From: a virus
Lineage: Duplodnaviria; Heunggongvirae; Uroviricota; Caudoviricetes
Reading direction: 5' to 3' (one strand)
DNA: 64,000 bases
IMG/VR virus record: IMGVR_UViG_3300002835_000086
The translations under genes were made by a program, and so were the position numbers. Numbering within the stretch: position 1 is the stretch's first letter; each line of letters begins with the position of its first letter. Below the pieces are notes generated by a model. It worked only from the letters and a program-made list of their open reading frames with translations, had not been told where the DNA came from and did no database searches. This document shows positions 58,599 through 64,000 of this stretch, piece by piece.

Positions 58599-59137
58599 TT
58601 AATGTAGGTTTTTAAAATTTGTTGTTCTTCTTCTGTTAGTGTTTCAAGTCCTTGGTCGTATATTTTTTCTAAAAGGTCGTCTAATGTAGGTATCTTGATT
58701 TTGTTTTTTGAGCGACGAATGATATCAATAATGTCGTCTTCATCATCATCGTCATCTTCATTTTCAAGAAATTCTAATATTGAAAACCCTTCCGTTCCAT
58801 TCTTAACATTCGTCATATTAACAGATGACAAATTTAGTTCCGAATTTGGATTATCGATGTTAAAAAACCACTTTTCGTCATCATCAGGTAAAAAGACTGA
58901 CATATTGTCAGTTTCACTGACAAAAATTCCATATATGTTACCGTAAAAAGCATCGTGAACATATGATTTAATCTCATCTTTAGTCATTTCACTCTTGAAA
59001 TGAAAAAAAAACAAACCTGAATTGTAAAGATAAGAAAAATTTTCAGACCCAACGACTGGTGATACCACCATAATAATATCGTTTTTGTGTTTGTCGTTAA
59101 AGTCCTTAAAAGAGATAATTAAGTTGTACTTTGTCAT
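58595..59137 (-). CDS. acidic hypothetical protein
   Basis: 180 aa, poly-Asp/Glu tract. Confidence 0.45.
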   Translation of the reverse strand: MTKYNLIISFKDFNDKHKNDIIMVVSPVVGSENFSYLYNSGLFFFHFKSEMTKDEIKSYVHDAFYGNIYGIFVSETDNMSVFLPDDDEKWFFNIDNPNSELNLSSVNMTNVKNGTEGFSILEFLENEDDDDDEDDIIDIIRRSKNKIKIPTLDDLLEKIYDQGLETLTEEEQQILKTYIK

Positions 59138-59186
59138 AGATTAAAATTATAATGCTAAGATACAACTTAATTTCTAAATAACCAAC

Positions 59187-61559
59187 CTATTGTATAACAT
59201 TTGATACGTTATCATCCTTTTTAATCTTAACGATATTGTCAGCCCAGTTGGACACTAAAGGATTGTGTGTGATAACAAATATCTTTTCAAAGTAATCTTT
59301 AATCTTAGAAAAGAACTCACCAACTAATTCCAGATTCTCATTGGAGATTTTACCGAATACCTCATCCCAAACAATAACATTTGGTTTTGGTAGTGAACAT
59401 ATCTTACTTAAGACTGAACGAAGTGCCATACTTGCAATTGTTCTCTCATACCCTGAACCAGAAGCCATAAGTTTTTCAACTCCAGTAGAATTATCAATCA
59501 TAATGAACTCAACCTCATTCTTATCATTAATTCTAATTTCAAGGTTGAAATAACAAGAGTCTTGTAAAAGTCTTTGTAATTCTTGGTTGATGACAGGCAT
59601 CATAGTCTTCATAATAATTTTAGAAATACCATTCTTACCATACAACTCCAAATACAATTTATAGACCTTTTCACGTTCAAACTCTTGTCCAATTTTAGTA
59701 ATCAAATCTGTATTCTTACTAATTTTATCTTCAAAGTTTTGAATTTGATTCGCGTTTTGTACTTGTTGTCTCTCAAATCCTCTTTTTTGATTTATAAGTT
59801 CATCAATACGAAGTTGTGCCTTTAAAATCTGAGCTTCAAGTTCCTGGTTCTTTTTAATTTTTTCTTGAGACTCCTCATATCTTCTTAGTTTGTCCTTAAC
59901 TCTTTCAAGTTTCAACTTTGTTGCCTCGAGAGAAACCTCATACTTTTCACGAATAAGTTTATTCTTCTCATATTCGTCAAACTCTTTTTTAAGTTGTGTG
60001 AATCCTTGTTCTTTGACGGTTAAATCCTGCATTAACTTCAATTTCTCGTCTTTTTGCACGATAAATCCGTCAAGCTCGGCGATTTTTGCCTGTGTAATTG
60101 CAGCGTTCATTAATTCAATCCCACAGTGCTCACACTTTATGCCACCTGAAACCTCAGACTTTAATTTCTCCAACCCTTCAATTTGAATCTCAATCTGAGC
60201 AATTTGAATATTAACGTCACTAATCTCACGTCTAACCACATCGTGTTTATCCTCGTGATAATATTGAGTCGGTTCTTTAACAACAACTGACTTTATTTGT
60301 TGTTCTATTTTTTCACATTCACCCTCAACATTTGATATCTCACTTTTAAGTGATAGTGGGTTTAATGATAACAATTCTTGGTCAATGTCACTAAATTTGG
60401 CATTTAATAAACCATCTTTATATTCTTGACCTCTTGATAAACGGTCACTAACATCTTTTAACTCTTTCTCAAGATTTTCATCACTTTGTTTAACAGTTAT
60501 AATTTGTTCCTGTGATGTGGTAATCTCTTGCTTTAAAGTCTCTGAATTGTAAACGTTAGACAACATACCTTTTGAAAATTCACTGTAAATCTCCTTGGCA
60601 GCTTCTTCTTTTCTTTTTAGAAACTCAAGTCCCATAAATCTTGATAACACTTGTCCACGAGCAGTTGGTTTGGAATCAATAAGTTCTTCAAGATTACTAG
60701 AGGTTGTTAAAATTGTCATCAAGAAATCATCCATTTCACCAATAGAATTTTTGATAAACTTTTCAGTCTCTCTACGTTGTTCACCAGTAAAATTTTGATA
60801 ACTACCATCAGGTAATTTTTTCAAGAAGTCCAATTCTGTTTTAACATTCCAATCACCAGACTTTGCTTTTTTTCTTTCAATGTTACGACTAACAATGTAT
60901 TCATCACCGTCAATAACAATTTCACCTCTTACAGAAACTTTATTAGAATCTCGGAACCTGTTAAAGATTTCTTCAGCCTTTTGAGTTTTGGATGTTGTGT
61001 TGAAAAACAAAAACATCAATAAATCTACAGTTAATACTGTCTTACCACCAAAGTTTGGTGGGTCTGATTCCACAACCGTAATACCATTACATTTTTCAAA
61101 ATCCAAAACTTGATTGTCCCCATAACTTAGAAAGTTTGAAAAATGTATTTTCTTAATGAACCATTTTTTGAATGGTGTTAGTTCAACATCTTCAACCAAC
61201 AATTTATTATCAACCGCACCATCAATAGAAATTATTGAGTCATACAAATCCATAGAACCTTTAGACTCCAACATACTTTTAATAAGTTCTCGTTGGTAGT
61301 TCTTATCCATAATATTGAAAGACACGTCAACTGTTTGAGTAACTTCTTCAGATTGTTTACTCTTTGTAATAACGTTAACGTTGGTTGTGTTATACTTTTT
61401 AGTGAAGTATTGTTTAACACTTTTAATTCTTTCTTGAGTAAAGTTCTCGGGCGTATCTTCCCATATAACTTGTACGTATGGATTTTCGTATTCTTCTATT
61501 TTAATTTTTTTAGGCATATTTTTGTAATCAAATAATTTTGGTGGGTTGAATAAGTCCAT
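59187..61559 (-). CDS. sbcC: Rad50/SbcC-like recombination ATPase (T4 gp46-like) with N-terminal extension
   Basis: P-loop region ESDPPNFGGKTVLTVDLLMFLFF; central coiled coil with a CxxC zinc hook (GGIKCEHCGIE); signature-like ASGSGYERTIAS; Walker B VIVWDEVF. Confidence 0.75.
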   Translation of the reverse strand: MDLFNPPKLFDYKNMPKKIKIEEYENPYVQVIWEDTPENFTQERIKSVKQYFTKKYNTTNVNVITKSKQSEEVTQTVDVSFNIMDKNYQRELIKSMLESKGSMDLYDSIISIDGAVDNKLLVEDVELTPFKKWFIKKIHFSNFLSYGDNQVLDFEKCNGITVVESDPPNFGGKTVLTVDLLMFLFFNTTSKTQKAEEIFNRFRDSNKVSVRGEIVIDGDEYIVSRNIERKKAKSGDWNVKTELDFLKKLPDGSYQNFTGEQRRETEKFIKNSIGEMDDFLMTILTTSSNLEELIDSKPTARGQVLSRFMGLEFLKRKEEAAKEIYSEFSKGMLSNVYNSETLKQEITTSQEQIITVKQSDENLEKELKDVSDRLSRGQEYKDGLLNAKFSDIDQELLSLNPLSLKSEISNVEGECEKIEQQIKSVVVKEPTQYYHEDKHDVVRREISDVNIQIAQIEIQIEGLEKLKSEVSGGIKCEHCGIELMNAAITQAKIAELDGFIVQKDEKLKLMQDLTVKEQGFTQLKKEFDEYEKNKLIREKYEVSLEATKLKLERVKDKLRRYEESQEKIKKNQELEAQILKAQLRIDELINQKRGFERQQVQNANQIQNFEDKISKNTDLITKIGQEFEREKVYKLYLELYGKNGISKIIMKTMMPVINQELQRLLQDSCYFNLEIRINDKNEVEFIMIDNSTGVEKLMASGSGYERTIASMALRSVLSKICSLPKPNVIVWDEVFGKISNENLELVGEFFSKIKDYFEKIFVITHNPLVSNWADNIVKIKKDDNVSNVIQ

Positions 61560-61765
61560 TATCCTTGAATTCCGCTGAATCCTGTGGTTCCGCTATTTTG
61601 TACGTCACCTTCTTGTTCTTGTTGTTTAAGAGCGTTTTCTCTCAAGTCAGCTAAATACTTTTGCATTTGCTCGTTCATCATTTTTTGATAAGCGTTCTGA
61701 GCCGCTTTAATTTGTTGGTTGCGAGCAGCAACCTTTTTACGATGTTCTTTTGCTTTTTTTCCCAT
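61559..61765 (-). CDS. small Lys-rich protein
   Basis: 68 aa, basic. Confidence 0.35.
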   Translation of the reverse strand: MGKKAKEHRKKVAARNQQIKAAQNAYQKMMNEQMQKYLADLRENALKQQEQEGDVQNSGTTGFSGIQG

Positions 61766-61770
61766 TTTAA

Positions 61771-62106
61771 TTAATTTCTGTGTTCAAACCATTCTACAAT
61801 GGAGTTAATTGCCCAAACACCACCTGAAGCTAATAGTCCATCAAAGAACCAAGAGATTTTAATTGGTGTCATAAAAAAGGCGTTAATTGGAGAGAAGATA
61901 GTCAATCCCAAGAAGAATCCCACCCAAGTGCTAGTACACATCATACAAGCAATCAAACCTGACAAGAATTTCCCAATGAATTGGAACGGAGCATAATCAT
62001 TACCTCCCCATTTATGAATTCCTTCACGCAAACCGCTGAAGATACTTCCGAAAACTAAAATTTGACTAAATCCATAAGCCAAAAGTAACCAAGTTAATAA
62101 CAACAT
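61771..62106 (-). CDS. membrane protein
   Basis: 111 aa, 3-4 TM helices. Confidence 0.4.
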   Translation of the reverse strand: MLLLTWLLLAYGFSQILVFGSIFSGLREGIHKWGGNDYAPFQFIGKFLSGLIACMMCTSTWVGFFLGLTIFSPINAFFMTPIKISWFFDGLLASGGVWAINSIVEWFEHRN

Positions 62107-62113
62107 ATTTTTT

Positions 62114-63007
62114 TTATTTATAAAGTTTATCGTCTAAATTAGAACCTCTTAAATATAACGCTTTTTTTTCATCTTGTAACCTCATAAGTTCAGAAATCTT
62201 ACTTTCAAGTTCAACTATTTTAGAATCTTTATCCAAAATATTTTGTCTTAATTTTACAAGAGTATCTTGTAGTTTCTTACTATTATCGTTATCAGACTGT
62301 TTTTCAATGTAAACTTCTTTTACAATTTCAACTGGTGGTTTGTCTAAAACTTCGTCTAAACTACGTCTAAGTTCATCTAGTTCTTCATCCTTTTTAGACA
62401 TTTTATCGTGGAAAATATTTTCCATTTCTGTCGTTTTAGTGGAAAATATTTGTAGTTTACCCTCAGTTTCTGTTAGTTTAGTGGAAAATTTTTGTTTTTC
62501 AGTTTCCAACTGTTGTATTTTTAACAACAGTTCAGTTCTCTCAATATCCAACTTTTCAATTTTACCACCAAGTTCCTTCACCTGTTCGTCATCGGTTATG
62601 TAAACTTCTTTTTCAACTACTCTGTCTACAGGTACCTCTTTGACAACTTCTTTGATAACAACTTTTTCAACAGGGATTTCCCTGATAACTTCCACAGGAA
62701 CTTCCACAGTAACTTCCACAGGAACTTCCACAGTAACTTCCACAGGAACTTCCTTGATGACCTCAATTTCCTTGATTACTTCAACCTCTTTAATGACTTC
62801 AACGGGAATTTCCACCCGTTTTTCTCGGATTACCTCCTTTTCCACCCATTTTTCTTGTTCTCCACCCATTTTACCCAAAAGACCATATCTCTGAATATCA
62901 AACCCCTGTTTGAAGCTATCTTGCACAAACTTGTTGATATCTGTGATTCCATTCATCATACAGAAATCGTAAATCTCTTTGGTATTTTTAAGTTGGACTG
63001 AATACAT
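62114..63007 (-). CDS. coiled-coil protein with PVEV tandem repeats
   Basis: (E/I)VPVEVTVEV repeats encoded by an 18-bp tandem DNA repeat at about 62640-62800. Confidence 0.45.
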   Translation of the reverse strand: MYSVQLKNTKEIYDFCMMNGITDINKFVQDSFKQGFDIQRYGLLGKMGGEQEKWVEKEVIREKRVEIPVEVIKEVEVIKEIEVIKEVPVEVTVEVPVEVTVEVPVEVIREIPVEKVVIKEVVKEVPVDRVVEKEVYITDDEQVKELGGKIEKLDIERTELLLKIQQLETEKQKFSTKLTETEGKLQIFSTKTTEMENIFHDKMSKKDEELDELRRSLDEVLDKPPVEIVKEVYIEKQSDNDNSKKLQDTLVKLRQNILDKDSKIVELESKISELMRLQDEKKALYLRGSNLDDKLYK

Positions 63008-63789
63008 TACCCTGCGTTTACCAATCTTTCAGACCCTTCAACAAGGTCATCATAAGAACTAATTTTAAATGCCAAAAATGGTTTAGGATTTGGTAGGTCA
63101 ATAAACGTATATTCATCTTTTTTAACCTCGTAGACACCATATCCGTGTTTAGTTAATGTCTCACCAAAGTTTTGTTGAATCGTAGACCCTACCATATAAG
63201 CCTTCTTTTTACCAGGAATATCAAACACTTGTCTTTTATGGATATCACCACAAAGAACTAGGTCACACCCTTTGAATTTAGAAGAGTCGAACCCATCTTC
63301 AAACTTGTATCCAATATCTGTAGATAAACCAACTACAGGTCCGTGGAACAACCCAATCTTAACCCTATCACTCTTTTCAATGTCAGGCGGGATGTTATGG
63401 TCCATCAATGAATATACCACCCAATCAATGTTTTCATCTTCATACACACCCCTGTTTTTATAATAAACAATTTCAGGATTATTCAATGAATCGATAATAG
63501 GTGTCAGAGCGTCTAATCTTGACTGGTTGTTTTCAAGGAAGTCGTGGTTACCGATTATCAAAACTGTTTTAGCAATTTTAGAACACTCGGTAAGTGTCCA
63601 AGCAACCATATCAATAAGCTCAGGTGTCATTTGGTTCTTAGAATGCACCAAATCACCCGTAAAGACAATCCTGTCAGGATTCAATGCTCTCCACTCATCA
63701 AATGCTTTTGCCAGAATGGATTTATACAATTCGTGGTCTTTAAACAAACGAATATGTAAATCAGAAAAGTGAATTAATCTGTTTATCAT
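63007..63789 (-). CDS. sbcD: Mre11/SbcD-like nuclease (T4 gp47-like metallophosphoesterase)
   Basis: FSDLHI, TGDLVHS, GNHDF and GDIHK metal-binding motifs. Confidence 0.85.
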   Translation of the reverse strand: MINRLIHFSDLHIRLFKDHELYKSILAKAFDEWRALNPDRIVFTGDLVHSKNQMTPELIDMVAWTLTECSKIAKTVLIIGNHDFLENNQSRLDALTPIIDSLNNPEIVYYKNRGVYEDENIDWVVYSLMDHNIPPDIEKSDRVKIGLFHGPVVGLSTDIGYKFEDGFDSSKFKGCDLVLCGDIHKRQVFDIPGKKKAYMVGSTIQQNFGETLTKHGYGVYEVKKDEYTFIDLPNPKPFLAFKISSYDDLVEGSERLVNAG

Positions 63790-63995
63790 TCTGGCATTGC
63801 AAATTCAGGATTTATATGTCCACAAGCATCACACTTGTAGATTGGGAAGGGTACGATAGAATCGTTTGCCGAACCTGTAAGTAGTTTACTCACTTTCTTG
63901 AAAGAGAGGACTTCTTGGAAGGTTTCATTTTCGCAGGCATCACATTTAATTGTTTCTGCGTCTTTAAGACTAATTTGTGGTCGTAAATCGTTCAT
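63786..63995 (-). CDS. small zinc-ribbon protein
   Basis: CDACEN ... CDACGH double CxxC; 69 aa. Confidence 0.4.
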   Translation of the reverse strand: MNDLRPQISLKDAETIKCDACENETFQEVLSFKKVSKLLTGSANDSIVPFPIYKCDACGHINPEFAMPE

Positions 63996-64000
63996 ATTAT

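Noticed and set aside
1-64000. A giant eukaryotic virus origin (collagen-like proteins, GSII, cyclophilin, glycosyltransferases and tRNA resemble mimivirus content)
   Set aside because: The sigma-70 factor, rho-independent terminators after most operons, T4-type SbcCD homologues, Dam methylase, DnaJ with a bacterial CR domain, S74 tail-fibre chaperone domains and Bacteroidetes-type promoters all point to a bacteriophage.

Overview
This 64-kb window is AT-rich (about 65% A+T), densely coding, and transcribed almost entirely from the minus strand. It reads as part of a large, probably virulent bacteriophage genome, most likely from a Bacteroidetes-type host. The evidence for a phage is a sigma-70-family factor, a T4 gp46/gp47-like Rad50/Mre11 pair, a candidate lysis cassette (peptidoglycan amidase, holin-like and spanin-like proteins, plus a GH19 lysozyme) and many rho-independent terminators of one shared hairpin family. 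The host guess rests on repeated TAnnTTTG promoter motifs about 20 nt upstream of start codons.

Recognisable content:
- RNA repair: an RNA ligase, a P-loop kinase and two metallophosphoesterases, consistent with a tRNA 'heal-and-seal' set.
- Initiator tRNA: a tRNA-Met(CAU) with initiator features lies on the minus strand.
- Glycosylation: a cluster of UDP-galactopyranose mutase (Glf), three GT2 glycosyltransferases and a cytidylyltransferase.
- Methylation: two orphan DNA methyltransferases, one Dam-like and one beta-class with an SPPY motif.
- Metabolic and fusion genes: a eukaryote-type glutamine synthetase (GSII) and a DUF3310-glycosyltransferase fusion.
- Small-molecule and nucleotide enzymes: a DHH-DHHA1 phosphoesterase, a Nudix hydrolase, thioredoxin and glutaredoxin.
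- Chaperones and membrane proteins: DnaJ, cyclophilin and an SPFH protein.

The two most striking features:
- Collagen-like fibres: three tandem giant genes (1094, 1140 and 1192 aa; about 10.3 kb) are almost pure Gly-X-Y repeats capped by a phage tail-fibre auto-cleaving chaperone domain.
- Candidate large RNA: an ORF-free block of about 0.9 kb beside the tRNA has higher GC, many GNRA and UUCG stem-loops, its own promoter and a terminator; it is a candidate large structured non-coding RNA.

No integrase, CRISPR array or reverse transcriptase was seen.
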